Assembly (NCBI GenBank): GCA_963810275.1 | Contig: CAWENF010000019.1 | Span: 96,001 to 160,000, forward strand | Length of the DNA: 64,000 nucleotides | Source: an uncultured archaeon | GTDB taxonomy: Archaea; Thermoproteota; Bathyarchaeia; Bathyarchaeales; Bathycorpusculaceae | Direction: 5' to 3' | Shown here: in pieces, positions 48,929 to 59,374 of the stretch | Numbering within the stretch: the stretch's first letter is position 1 | Layout of the letters: each line of letters begins with the position of its first letter | The notes under the pieces: generated by a model | What the model was told of the DNA's origin: nothing | The model's database searches: none | What the model saw: only the letters and a program-made list of their open reading frames with translations | Position numbers and translations under genes: made by a program

Positions 48929-50053
48929 TCACTCAATTGGCATCTGAAGTTGATTCTTGTAGTCTTCTATGACCGTTACGCCGTGGCTTCGAAATTGCGC
49001 GTCGAGGTCGGGATCGCCTGTATCTACCCGTAGGCTGCTTAGGTGGTCAAGTTTGCTTCTGGTGGCAATCACGGTTATGTTGTTTAAGCCGACTTGGCGT
49101 ATGATTTTGTTGCTGATTTGCTGGTTACCCCGCCCGAAAATGACGCCTTGCCCGCCGATGGGTGTCACAATTATTTGTGCTTTTCTGTCCGTTATTTGTT
49201 CAAGAATCTGTTTTTCATTCACGTCTCGGGCAACAATTTTCTTGTCCCGAAATATGTCCACACCTAGCAGTGTCTTCTTTTGGTCTAAGAGGTCGGCGAT
49301 GGTTCGGGTAGTTGTGCCTGGACCCACAACATAAACTGTTTCAGGTTTCATTTCATCTATGACGTAGAGGGCGATGGCTGCTTGGTTCTCTACCTCATCC
49401 ACGTTGGTGGCGCTCTCCACTTTATTGCCCTGAATCAAGTGCGGCTCAAACGGGCTAAGCATGTACCCGTACAACTCAGCGGAGAGATGTCCCCCTCGGA
49501 AGGCTTCCTCGTCAATATCCATTACCTCTGCTTCCCGAAGCGGCAGCCCTTCCCAGAGGTAGCGGATGACAACTCTAGCCGCGGCTTGGGGGCTGATGGC
49601 GAAAAGTGCACTGTGCATTTTGACGCCTGTGGGCACGCCGACTGTGGGTACTTTGAGTTCGACCACTTTTTGGATGTCGCGTGTGGTTCCGTCGCCGCCG
49701 CAGTAAATAAGTAAATCTACCCCTGCTTCAACTATAGCTTGGGCTGCGGTTTTTGTGTCCTCTGGGGCGGTTTCGGGTTTGGCTTCTCCCACGACTTTAA
49801 CATTGTAGCCGAGTTTTTTTGCTTCGGATTCCCCCATGTCGCCTCCCCCCACGATTAATTTAAGGTAGGGTTTTGCGGGCAAAAGCTCAGAGAGGAAGGT
49901 TTCGGCTCTCTGCGCCGCGACGGGTTTAGCTCCCAGCGCTCTGGCTTGTCTAAGGATTGCTGCTCCGTCGGTGCCCTTGAGTCCCACTGCTCCGCCCATG
50001 CCTGCGACGGGGTTGACTATTAAGCCGACGGTTTTGGTTTGCGGTTCCTTCAA
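48929..50053 (-). CDS. ATP-NAD kinase family protein
   Basis: NPVAGMGGAVGLKGTDG, GGDGTTRD, GVKMHS, GGQG..FGRGNQQ, VDTGD. Confidence 0.88.
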   Translation of the reverse strand: MKEPQTKTVGLIVNPVAGMGGAVGLKGTDGAAILRQARALGAKPVAAQRAETFLSELLPAKPYLKLIVGGGDMGESEAKKLGYNVKVVGEAKPETAPEDTKTAAQAIVEAGVDLLIYCGGDGTTRDIQKVVELKVPTVGVPTGVKMHSALFAISPQAAARVVIRYLWEGLPLREAEVMDIDEEAFRGGHLSAELYGYMLSPFEPHLIQGNKVESATNVDEVENQAAIALYVIDEMKPETVYVVGPGTTTRTIADLLDQKKTLLGVDIFRDKKIVARDVNEKQILEQITDRKAQIIVTPIGGQGVIFGRGNQQISNKIIRQVGLNNITVIATRSKLDHLSSLRVDTGDPDLDAQFRSHGVTVIEDYKNQLQMPIE

Positions 50054-50139
50054 CGTTGGTTAACCTGCAAAGTAATATTGCGTGAGGGTTTAATAAAAAG
50101 TAAAAGTTCCGCTGTTTCATGGTTATTTTAGGAAGGAAA

Positions 50140-50766
50140 TTAGGTGTGGAAATTGCGGTTCAAAGTTTTCAAAGTAAAAGTGGGGGTTGAGGGTTGGCTG
50201 GTTTTGGTGCGTCCTATCCAAACCGCCAGTGCGATTGCTGCGGGAATTGCACAGATTGCTGCTATCCAGATTACGATTGTAACCATGGAGCCTACGACGT
50301 AGTCCACGTTCCACGATGCGATGGCTTGCGTCCAGTTGCCATCAAGGTAGACTTTGATGGCGAATATGATGAACAGTAGCGGTGAGATTACTCTTCCAGC
50401 GTCTCTGCCCTTTGAGCGCTTGCTTTCAAGGTTGTATTGCTGTTTTTCCTGTTCGGGTATGTGTTTCCACCACTGCCAGCCGATGACTCCACCGATAGCT
50501 GCTGGGATACCTATTAGGAGGAGTTCCCAGAAGATGGCGTGCAAGATGAAGATCACAATATCCATCATCGACCACAAGCTTAGCGATGAGGGAACTAAGC
50601 CGACTGCTTGGATGTTTCCTGTGAACCAGACAAAGACGTAGATGGTCCCTGCCGCTACTAGAATAGCGGCTGAAATAAACGCCGCAAAGACCACCCAGTG
50701 GCGGCGCATGAAGAGGCGCCAGCCTGCGTCGGTTGAGATTTGATTTTGTTCGGTCATGGGTTTCAC
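50140..50766 (-). CDS. Multi-pass membrane protein of unknown function
   Basis: Four to five hydrophobic, Trp-rich segments; begins 3 bp after the DUF996 stop. Confidence 0.8.
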   Translation of the reverse strand: MKPMTEQNQISTDAGWRLFMRRHWVVFAAFISAAILVAAGTIYVFVWFTGNIQAVGLVPSSLSLWSMMDIVIFILHAIFWELLLIGIPAAIGGVIGWQWWKHIPEQEKQQYNLESKRSKGRDAGRVISPLLFIIFAIKVYLDGNWTQAIASWNVDYVVGSMVTIVIWIAAICAIPAAIALAVWIGRTKTSQPSTPTFTLKTLNRNFHT

Positions 50767-50769
50767 TTC

Positions 50770-51426
50770 TTAGACTGTTGGTTGGTCGTTTTGGGTGCCT
50801 ATTTGCTGTTGACCAGCTGGGGGTGATGTGTAGCCGTTGGTTTTCCCCTGATAGGATTGGTATTCGCGGCTCTTCATACTAAAGAAGCCGATAGTTGCGA
50901 ATATCCATGCGATGAATATCAGTAGTAAACCGATGCCACCAAGGATGGTCAGTATTGAGCCAATCCAGAGCAGTGTGCCTGCAGTGTTGAGTGATTGTTC
51001 GCCGGTTTTCTGTGCCAATGTTTCAAAGGTTTTTTTCAGGTTGGATGCTGCGAGCACGTAGAATATGAATGCGACGATTAAGCCCACAATGATTGTAACT
51101 ATGCCTGATACGATGCCTGCAGTTAAGCCCGTGATTGTGACCGCGATTGTGCCCTCAAATAACCCTGTGGTGGCGAAGATGATTAAGCCTGCGCCTGTGG
51201 CAACCGCGGCAGCGATTAAGGCGACCACATAATACTTTAGACCTGTTAAGGAGTTTCGGTAGATGCTTTCATCTTGATAGTAATATGAGAGTTCTTTTGT
51301 TGCTTTAAGGAGTAAGACTATGCCGACTATTGCCAAAACCCATCCTACATATGGGATTAAGCCGAGCAAAAGTAGAACTGCGCCTTCGCCGGCCAATGTT
51401 TTTGCGTAATTGAAGTTTACGTTCAT
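50770..51426 (-). CDS. DUF996 membrane protein
   Basis: AKTLAGEGAVL, GIVLLLKA.KELSYYY, TAGTLLWIGSILT; GGAGG upstream of ATG 51426; paralog of 21365..22033. Confidence 0.85.
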   Translation of the reverse strand: MNVNFNYAKTLAGEGAVLLLLGLIPYVGWVLAIVGIVLLLKATKELSYYYQDESIYRNSLTGLKYYVVALIAAAVATGAGLIIFATTGLFEGTIAVTITGLTAGIVSGIVTIIVGLIVAFIFYVLAASNLKKTFETLAQKTGEQSLNTAGTLLWIGSILTILGGIGLLLIFIAWIFATIGFFSMKSREYQSYQGKTNGYTSPPAGQQQIGTQNDQPTV

Positions 51427-51482
51427 TTTATTTTGCCTCCGATTTTTCGATACATCCACTATGGCTAATTTCGGATATAGCC

Positions 51483-51538
51483 CTAACATTTAGAAGACTG
51501 CCACTATTGTTTAGATGTGCAACTCTAAGGTTTAGAGT
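51483..51538. promoter_or_regulatory. Three phased palindromic operator-like sites CTA(A/T)-N3-TTAG
   Basis: CTAAcatTTAG at 51483, CTATtgtTTAG at 51504, and CTAAggtTTAG at 51525 (extended to ACTCTAA-N3-TTAGAGT, 51522-51538); 21-bp spacing. Confidence 0.65.
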
Positions 51539-51674
51539 CGCCAAAAACCCCTTATTAAGCCGCTTTTAGGTTTGAACTATATGGTTTTTGAGGATTAGCT
51601 TTTTATTTTCTAAAAGGCTATTTAGCTCCAGGGGTTTACTGTTGGGAACAAAGTCTCGAGGCATAAACGCGGAT

Positions 51675-52121
51675 ATGCAGTCGCCGCGCACACGGTTGCT
51701 TTACTTAATTTACAGTGCACCTAACAGTCGCATCAAATCTGCCCCCGGTGCCAAAAGCAGCATCAGTTCCGCATTGGGCTACAAGTCTGATGGGCATTTC
51801 CACTACGACTGGAACTACCTTCTGGGTGCAAATATGATTGAGGAGAAAAACGGCTATTACCAAGTCACTGATACAGGCAAAAAAGAGTTTGCACTGCATT
51901 CCACCGCCGCCATGAGCAACTGGATAATGGTAGTCATGGGTATAGCCATTGTGTCTTTCACTGTGGGACTGAATTATGAGTTGTTACCAGTGTGGAGTGT
52001 GTCGTTTTTCGGTGCTGCTCTGATTCTGGTCGGAGGCATGTTTCTGCTTGTGGGCAAAAAAGCTAAACCTGACCTCTCCGTTGAAGCAAAAGAACTGCTA
52101 AAAGAACTCAATAGACGCTAA
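51675..52121 (+). CDS. Winged-helix-like protein with two C-terminal TM helices
   Basis: RTRLLYLI...ISSALGY...YLL...MIEEKNGYYQVTDTGKKE (wHTH wing pattern) followed by two hydrophobic helices. Confidence 0.7.
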   Translation: MQSPRTRLLYLIYSAPNSRIKSAPGAKSSISSALGYKSDGHFHYDWNYLLGANMIEEKNGYYQVTDTGKKEFALHSTAAMSNWIMVVMGIAIVSFTVGLNYELLPVWSVSFFGAALILVGGMFLLVGKKAKPDLSVEAKELLKELNRR

Positions 52122-52156
52122 GACAAAAAGAAAGAAAAGAAAGGGTTGTGCTGCGT

Positions 52157-53578
52157 TTAGAGTGGTTCGCAGCCGATGTACTTCTTGGTCGCTTCGTTAA
52201 GCCAAGGATAGAGCTTGTGCAGTTTATCCATGGATTCCGCAACTCTCTCTGTGGGGTACTCGTAGGGTTGTAGTCTACCGCTGAAGTACTCCTCGTAGGC
52301 TGACATGTCAAAGAACCCGTGTCCAGTCAAAGCAAACATCAACGTCTTGGATTCGTTAGTTTCTTTGCATTGTAGGGCTCTGTCGACGACCACTTTTATA
52401 GCGTGTGCTGCTTCTGGTGCTGGAATGATGCCTTCGCTGCGGAGGAAGATTTTAGCGGCATCAAATGCCGCCACTTGGTTTACTGCAATTGTGCTGATTT
52501 TCTTTTCCTGCGCGAGCACGCTGATGGTTGGTGCAATGCCATGGTAACGTAACCCGCCTGCGTGGATGGGGGCTGGCATGAAGTCATGGCCAAGTGTGTG
52601 CATGGGCACCAGTGGGGTGAGTTTGGCGGTGTCGCCGTGGTCAAAGGTGTAGTATCCGCGGGTGACTTTAGGGCATGCGGTGGGTTCGACAGCTATGAAC
52701 TTGGTTTCTTTGGGTGCTTTCTTGCTGACTTTGTCGTGGTAGAATGGCCAGAAAAGTCCGCTAAAGCTGCTGCCTCCGCCGATGCAGCCGTAGATTTCGT
52801 CAGGGTAGTCCTCTACTATGGCGAGCTGCTTTTGAGCTTCGAGTCCAGCGACGGTTTGGTGCATGCAGACGTGGTTAAATACGCTACCGATTGTGTAGTT
52901 TGCTTTTTTGCCGGTTTTTTCGCTTTCGAGGCTGTCTTCGACTGCTTCGCTGATGGCGATGCCGAGGCTGCCTTTGTTGTCTGGGTCTTCAGCAAGGATT
53001 TTTCTGCCTGCCGCTGTTTTATCGCTGGGGCTGGCGACGCATTCCGCGCCGAAAGCAGTCATCATAGCTTTGCGATAGGGCTTCTGGTCGAAGCTTGCAC
53101 GGACCATGTAGACGGTTGCTTCCAAGCCAAACACGTTAGCTGCAAAAGACAGTGCACTGCCCCATTGACCTGCGCCTGTTTCAGTGGTGACACGGGTGAT
53201 GCCTTCTTTCATGTTATAGTAGGCTTGGGGGACAGAGCTGTTGATTTTGTGGCTGCCTGGAGGTGAGACACCTTCATATTTATAGTAGATTTTTGCTGGA
53301 GTTTTGAGTGCCTTTTCGAGGTTGAGTGCTCGGAAGAGGGGTGATGGACGCCATATGCGGTAGACTTCTCTAACTTCGTCGGGGATGTCTATCCAGCGTT
53401 CTTGGCTGATTTCTTGTCCGATGATTGCTTTAGGGAATATGCGTGGTACGATACCGACTCCGGGTTCTCCTGTTTCCGCTTCAAGGAAGGGTGGGAGCGG
53501 GTGGGGCAGGTCGGGGGCTATGTTGTACCATTTTTTTGGTATGTCTGACTCTTTAAGTAGGATTTTTTTCTCGGGCAT
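52157..53578 (-). CDS. trpB2: Tryptophan synthase beta subunit, type 2
   Basis: IPKKWYNI, WRPSPL, GSHKIN, TTETGAGQWGSAL, GSLGIAISEA, IHAGGLRYHG, PAPE. Confidence 0.96.
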   Translation of the reverse strand: MPEKKILLKESDIPKKWYNIAPDLPHPLPPFLEAETGEPGVGIVPRIFPKAIIGQEISQERWIDIPDEVREVYRIWRPSPLFRALNLEKALKTPAKIYYKYEGVSPPGSHKINSSVPQAYYNMKEGITRVTTETGAGQWGSALSFAANVFGLEATVYMVRASFDQKPYRKAMMTAFGAECVASPSDKTAAGRKILAEDPDNKGSLGIAISEAVEDSLESEKTGKKANYTIGSVFNHVCMHQTVAGLEAQKQLAIVEDYPDEIYGCIGGGSSFSGLFWPFYHDKVSKKAPKETKFIAVEPTACPKVTRGYYTFDHGDTAKLTPLVPMHTLGHDFMPAPIHAGGLRYHGIAPTISVLAQEKKISTIAVNQVAAFDAAKIFLRSEGIIPAPEAAHAIKVVVDRALQCKETNESKTLMFALTGHGFFDMSAYEEYFSGRLQPYEYPTERVAESMDKLHKLYPWLNEATKKYIGCEPL

Positions 53579-53631
53579 TTTGTTCGCCTTTTGCAGAGAA
53601 CTGTTCTTGTAAGTTTTATTTAACTCTTTTC

Positions 53632-53647
53632 TGTACATTTATGTACG
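53632..53647. promoter_or_regulatory. TRP boxes (TrpY operator)
   Basis: TGTACA-TTTA-TGTACG between the divergent trpB2 and trpY TATA elements; TGTACA is the TrpY box described in Methanothermobacter. Confidence 0.75.
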
Positions 53648-53725
53648 TGTGTGGGTTGGTTGCGGAAAAACGCTTAACAACACATTTATACTCAAACGCA
53701 CAGAACCCTACATAAGAGATCCAAA

Positions 53726-54229
53726 ATGTGGAGTCAAATCAGAAGCCAACTCGAAACCTACCCAGAACGCCTAAAAGTCGCCAGAGTCCTAATAGAAAAC
53801 GGTCTCTCGGCACAAGACAGCAAAATATTTCTAAACCAAATAGAAATCCCCCCAATCCGGGTCGCCCGAGTTGCAGGCGTCGACCGCAGAACAGTCAACG
53901 AAACCCTCACAACCATCCACAAGAATCCCGAACTCCGCTTAATTTTTGAAGAAATCCGCCCAGCAGGAAACTCACTAAAAGAAATCGCCAAACACCTCAA
54001 TTTGGGCGTAATTGAAATTATCCCAACCAGCGCCACAACCCGTGGAATTTTAGCAAACACTGCCCAAGCACTTAGCAAAGCGGGTCTGGGTATTCGGCAA
54101 GCGATAGTGGACGACCCAGAGCTGTCACCTGAACCCAAACTAACTCTGATTGTTGAGAGAAAAATTCCCGGTGAGTTAATCCCTGAACTGCTAAAGATTA
54201 CGGGTGTAGCAAAAGTTTCAGTTTACTAA
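53726..54229 (+). CDS. trpY: Tryptophan-responsive HTH-ACT regulator TrpY
   Basis: MW.QI....E.YP.R..VAR, VAGVDRRTV, GIL, IRQA..DDPEL..EPKL, IPG..I.ELLKI.GV.KVSVY; divergent from trpB2. Confidence 0.85.
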   Translation: MWSQIRSQLETYPERLKVARVLIENGLSAQDSKIFLNQIEIPPIRVARVAGVDRRTVNETLTTIHKNPELRLIFEEIRPAGNSLKEIAKHLNLGVIEIIPTSATTRGILANTAQALSKAGLGIRQAIVDDPELSPEPKLTLIVERKIPGELIPELLKITGVAKVSVY

Positions 54230-54278
54230 CAATTCGTCGCCCGATGAGTCGGCAGTAGTGGGGCTGTGGCGAAGCTGT

Positions 54279-56729
54279 TTATCTGCTGAATTTTATTCCC
54301 GTATGATCTAAAATCTTGTAGAACAGTAGCTTTAGTGGGTCTGTTATAAGCAACTCTATGAAGATATATCCGAGGATGAAGAGGGCAAGCGGCCAACCTA
54401 GGGGCGAAGGAAATAGAACCCCATAAACAGTTATCAGCACAGCGGTGGTTTGGGAAAACAAGATTGCCAACCCTAGCTGCTTAGCCGGTCGTATCGACCA
54501 GAATGGGCCTCTTGTTCGGGCCATTAAAAGAGTCATTTGGCTTGCCAGAGAAAGCTTTAGGTATATGAAGGCTTGAAGTACAGCGGGGCTGAGCATGAAG
54601 ACTTCTTTGCCGATGTAGAAAGCTCCAAAGGTTATTACAACTCCAACTGTTCCAAGCATCGTAGCCATCCCTAAGACCGTGCGCATGTTCCATTTTTCAG
54701 GAGACTTCGAGTAGTGCACGTTGTCGTAAGCAATTGTTATTATCGGCAGGTCGTTTAGCAACGCCAACAAAACAATCATCACGGCGGTAATCGGGTAGAC
54801 GTTGAATAGAGAAATCGTCAGCGTTATGAAAAGGACAACTCTAATGGTTTCAGCGATTCGGTATATGGAATAATGCTGCATTCGTTGGAATATTTGCCGT
54901 GACTGTTTTACAGCATCGATAATAACGGATAACCCGGGTTTGGTGAGAGCTATATCAGCCGCCGAGCGCGCTGCATCGGTTGCCCCTGAAACAGCAATAC
55001 CTGAATCGGCCTTCTTCAAAGCTGGTGCATCATTTACGCCGTCCCCAGTCATACCCACGATATGTCCATTATTCTGCAGAGTTTCCACGATGTCGTACTT
55101 GTGCTCGGGAAAAACCTCGGCAAATCCATCAGCTTCCTCAACTATTCTTTTGGCTTTTCGGTCGGGTTTATCAATGAAAGCAGAGGGGAGAACGATGTTG
55201 GTACCTAGACCGACTTCTTTTGCGATTTCTTTGCCTATAGCAATGTGGTCGCCCGTTACCATTTTTACGGCTATACCCATTTCCTCTGCAGTTTTTATAG
55301 TCTGGGCAGAATCCGTTCTGGGAGGGTCATGAAGGGCAATTAAGCCGATGTATTCCCATGTGCCTTCTCCAACTGTTTTGGCAACGCCAAGAGCCCTATA
55401 TCCCTTGGAAGCAAAATCGGCAACATCTTTCCCAATTTGGTCCTTAACTTTATCGTTGCCTTTAGACAGCTCAAGGATCACTTGAGGAGCGCCCTTAGCA
55501 ACCTGAAATTTTTTCCCTGCAGCGTCTTCTACAGTAGCCATCGTCCGTTTCACTACGGGGTCGAAGGGCTTAAAACCAGTCACGTTGTACTGACCGAGGT
55601 TAATGTTGACTTCTTTTATGCTGCGTGTTTTAATGATTATTGCGTCGTCAATTGGATCTTTGTCTTCTTCCCTTGACGATAGAGTTCCATAGAGAAGTAT
55701 GTCTTCTTCTTTGTTTTTTGCATATGGTCGCAGTTCTGCGACGGTTAGTTTGTTTTCGGTTATAGTTCCGGTTTTATCTGCACAGAGAATGTCGATACCC
55801 GCCATTTCCTCGATGGACACCATTTTGCTGACGATTGCCTCCTTCTTTGACAGCGCAATCGCGCCAATAGCCATAGTAACTGAGAGGACTGCGGGAAGTG
55901 CAGCTGGTATGGAAGCAACGATTAAAACTAGTGCAAACTGAATCAGCGTCGAAAGGTCTTGACCTCTAAAGATGGATACCAGCATAATCACGGTGACAAG
56001 GATTACGGCAAAGAAAATCAGGTAGTCGCCGATTCTGACGACAGCTTTTTGAAAATGACTAGTGGTTCCGGATTCTTGAACCAGTTTTGTGGTTTTACCA
56101 AAATAAGTACTGGAGCCTGTGCTAACTACCAGTCCCTCCATTTCACCCATTTTGATTATAGAACTGGAGTAGGCGACATCGGCGGGATGTTTATCAACCG
56201 GGAGTGATTCGCCGGTAAGTGCAGATTCATCTGCCTGCAGATAGTCACCCTCTATGAGTTTGAGGTCTGCGGGAACTATGTCGCCCAATCGAACACGCAC
56301 AACATCTCCGGGCACTAGCTCCTTTGAGGGCTTCTGAATCCATTTACTGTCTCTTAGCACACGCGCTGTGGGCGAGAGCCGCTTTTGCAGGGCTTCTATT
56401 GCGTTGCCTGCTTGCCGTTCCTCCCAGAAGCCAACTATCGCATTCATGAATAGCAACAGGAGAATTATGCCGAAAGAGGATACATCACGCAGGATGGCTG
56501 ACATCACAACGGCGGCTTCGATCATGAATGGTATGGGACCCCAAAAATAACTGAGAAATTTAACTATTGGGTTGACTTTTTTTTCGGCGATGTCGTTGGG
56601 ACCATATTTTTGGAGTCGCTTCGCTGCTTCCTCAGAGGAAAGACCATTTTTATTTGCTGATAGCACCTCGAATATTTTATCAGCACTGGTCTTCTTCGCT
56701 TCCTCTGTAGATATGGAAACTTCTCCCAA
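54279..56729 (-). CDS. P-type H+-exporting ATPase, type IIIA (copy 1)
   Basis: FWGPIPFMIE, LTGES, CADKTGT, DPID, KGAPQ, MVTGD, GDGVNDAPAL, LLND. Confidence 0.93.
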   Translation of the reverse strand: MGEVSISTEEAKKTSADKIFEVLSANKNGLSSEEAAKRLQKYGPNDIAEKKVNPIVKFLSYFWGPIPFMIEAAVVMSAILRDVSSFGIILLLLFMNAIVGFWEERQAGNAIEALQKRLSPTARVLRDSKWIQKPSKELVPGDVVRVRLGDIVPADLKLIEGDYLQADESALTGESLPVDKHPADVAYSSSIIKMGEMEGLVVSTGSSTYFGKTTKLVQESGTTSHFQKAVVRIGDYLIFFAVILVTVIMLVSIFRGQDLSTLIQFALVLIVASIPAALPAVLSVTMAIGAIALSKKEAIVSKMVSIEEMAGIDILCADKTGTITENKLTVAELRPYAKNKEEDILLYGTLSSREEDKDPIDDAIIIKTRSIKEVNINLGQYNVTGFKPFDPVVKRTMATVEDAAGKKFQVAKGAPQVILELSKGNDKVKDQIGKDVADFASKGYRALGVAKTVGEGTWEYIGLIALHDPPRTDSAQTIKTAEEMGIAVKMVTGDHIAIGKEIAKEVGLGTNIVLPSAFIDKPDRKAKRIVEEADGFAEVFPEHKYDIVETLQNNGHIVGMTGDGVNDAPALKKADSGIAVSGATDAARSAADIALTKPGLSVIIDAVKQSRQIFQRMQHYSIYRIAETIRVVLFITLTISLFNVYPITAVMIVLLALLNDLPIITIAYDNVHYSKSPEKWNMRTVLGMATMLGTVGVVITFGAFYIGKEVFMLSPAVLQAFIYLKLSLASQMTLLMARTRGPFWSIRPAKQLGLAILFSQTTAVLITVYGVLFPSPLGWPLALFILGYIFIELLITDPLKLLFYKILDHTGIKFSR

Positions 56730-56967
56730 AAAACCAACTCTTTAAAACTGAAAAACTAGATAATGTGTCTCCTTAGAGCTTCTAAGTATATTTACTTATG
56801 TGGTTACATTGCAGCATCACTAATTACCGGAATTGAATCATTTTTGACTATCCTCTTGAAGCAGAAAGCCGATTGCTAGAAAAATTTTTAAGAGCCAAAA
56901 CGAATAATAAACATTGCTTTATGGCAACAAACAGCCTTTAGCAATTTATTATTTTGAAGGAATCTTT

Positions 56968-59374
56968 TTGAGTAAATCCAATTCTTACATTATGTGGTTT
57001 GATGACGTCAACATAAACGACGTCCCCAAAGTCGGAGGAAAAAACGCTTCACTCGGAGAAATGATAAGGTCCATACGAAAAGAGGGCATCCGTATTCCCA
57101 ACGGATTTGCCACAACCGCCAAGCTCTACTGGGACCTAGTCGACAAGAACGGCTTAAGAGTAAAAATTGAGTCTCTGCTTCAAGACCTAATCAAAGAGAA
57201 AAACCGCTAAAAGATGTCGGCGCAGCTATCCGCCAGTTGTTCCTTGACCCCCTTTCCTCCCGAGATTGAAGGGGAAATCACAAAGGCATACGATGGGTTA
57301 TGTGAACGCTACGAAACAAAGGATGTGGATGTTGCGGTTAGGAGCAGCGCTACAGCAGAGGATCTTCCGGGAGCAAGTTTTGCGGGGCAGCAGGAGAGTT
57401 ACCTAAACGTTAGAGGGAAACCGCAGCTTCTTTATGCCTGCAAGAAATGCTTCGCATCGCTGTTTACTGATAGAGCCATAACTTATCGTGCCGAGCAGGG
57501 GTTTGAGCACATGAAGGTGGCGCTTTCTATTGGCATAATGAAGATGGTGCGTTCAGATTTGGCAGGTAGCGGCGTCATGTTCACTTTGGACACCGAGACA
57601 GGTTTTCCTAAAACGATAATAATCAACGCAGGGTGGGGGCTGGGTGAGTATATCGTGAAAGGCGAAATTAACCCCGATCGCTATGTCGTTTTTAAGCCTC
57701 CGCTTGGTGACCTAAAGATGGTTCCGATTTTAGAGAAGGCGTTGGGTACAAAAGAGAAGAAGCTCGTATACTCTGACTACGGGGACGACTCGACCAAGAA
57801 CGTTGAAACGGCGCAGCAGGAACGGGAAGCCTTCGTTCTTTCCGAGGAAGAAATTTTGTTGTTAGCGCGGTGGGGTCTGCGCATTGAAGCGCATTACAAG
57901 CGCCCAATGGATATTGAGTGGGCTAAAGATGGCGAACGTAATGAACTCTACATCGTGCAGGCGAGGCCTGAAACCGTGCAGAGTAGATTCAAAGAATCCA
58001 GCGGCTTAATGTCCTACAACCTCAAGGAAAAAGGCAAAGAACTCATAACGGGCATCAGTATCGGTCAAGCAATCGCCACAGGAAAGGTATGCAAGATTCT
58101 TGATGCAGCAAACATTGACCAATTCAAGAAGGGAGCTATCTTAGTTACCAAAATGACTGACCCAGATTGGGTCACTATCATGAAGGAGGCATCAGGCATA
58201 ATAACTGACTTTGGCGGTCGCACTTCCCATGCAGCCATAGTCAGCAGAGAACTCGGGATCACCTGCCATAGTGGGCACGGAGCGAGCTACCGAGGTTCTC
58301 CAGCCCGACCAAGCAATCACTATGTCCTGTGCTGAAGGAGAAACGGGGCATGTTTATGAAGGCATTTTAAAGTTTGACAAAACAAAAGTTGACATCAAGG
58401 GAATCCCTAAAACGAAAACTCAGATTATGATGAACATGGCTAGCCCCGATGCCGCCTACCGCTGGTGGCGCTTGCCCTGTGAAGGTATAGGCTTAGCACG
58501 AATGGAGTTCATAATAAACAACCTCATTAAAATCCATCCGATGGCGCTTATCAAGTTTAGCACCCTAAAAGATGAGGAGGCAATTGCCCAAATAAACGAG
58601 TTAACAAAGGGCTACAAAGACAAAACAGAGTACTTCGTGGACAACTTAGCTAAAGGAATCGCCCGCATAGCATCCGCACAGTACCCATACCCAGTCATCG
58701 TAAGAATGAGCGACTTCAAAACAAACGAGTACGCCAACCTTATAGGTGGAAAAACCTTTGAACCAAAAGAAGACAACCCAATGCTTGGCTTTAGGGGTGC
58801 CAGCAGATACTACAGCGATAGGTACCGAGAAGGGTTCGCGTTGGAGTGCCGTGCCATTAAGCGCGCAAGAGAAGAAATCGGGTTAGCTAACGTGGTTGTG
58901 ATGATTCCTTTCTGCAGAACTGTTGAAGAAGCACAGAAGGTAATCAAGGTGATGGCTGATAACGGTATAGAGCGCGGAAAAGGCGACTTTGAAGTCTATG
59001 TAATGGCGGAGATACCTTCAAACATTATCTTGGCTGACAAGTTTGCCGCTTTCTTCGATGGCTTCTCAGTGGGCTCTAACGATTTGACTCAGCTAGTACT
59101 TGGGATTGATAGGGATTCAGCCGAGCTAGCTTACTTGTTTGATGAACGCAACGAAGCAGTGAAAGACGCTATCAAATCGCTCATCGAAGTCGCCCACGCA
59201 CACACACCGCGGCGAAAAGTAGGGATTTGCGGGCAAGCACCCAGCGACTACCCTGACTTCGCAGCTTTTCTAGTCCGGTTGGGCATTGATTCTATCTCAG
59301 TTAACCCTGACAGCGTTATAGACGTGAAGAAGCGTGTGGCAGAAACAGAAAAGGAGACCTCGCAGCAGAAATAG
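56968..59374 (+). pseudogene. ppsA: Second phosphoenolpyruvate synthase, interrupted by three single-base indels
   Basis: VGGKNASLGEM; VAVRSSATAEDLP; GGRTSHAAIVSRELG; GIGLARMEF; NPMLGFRGASRY; GICGQAPSD. Frame breaks at the A5 run 57199-57203, the C5 run 57248-57252 and near 58261. Confidence 0.88.
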
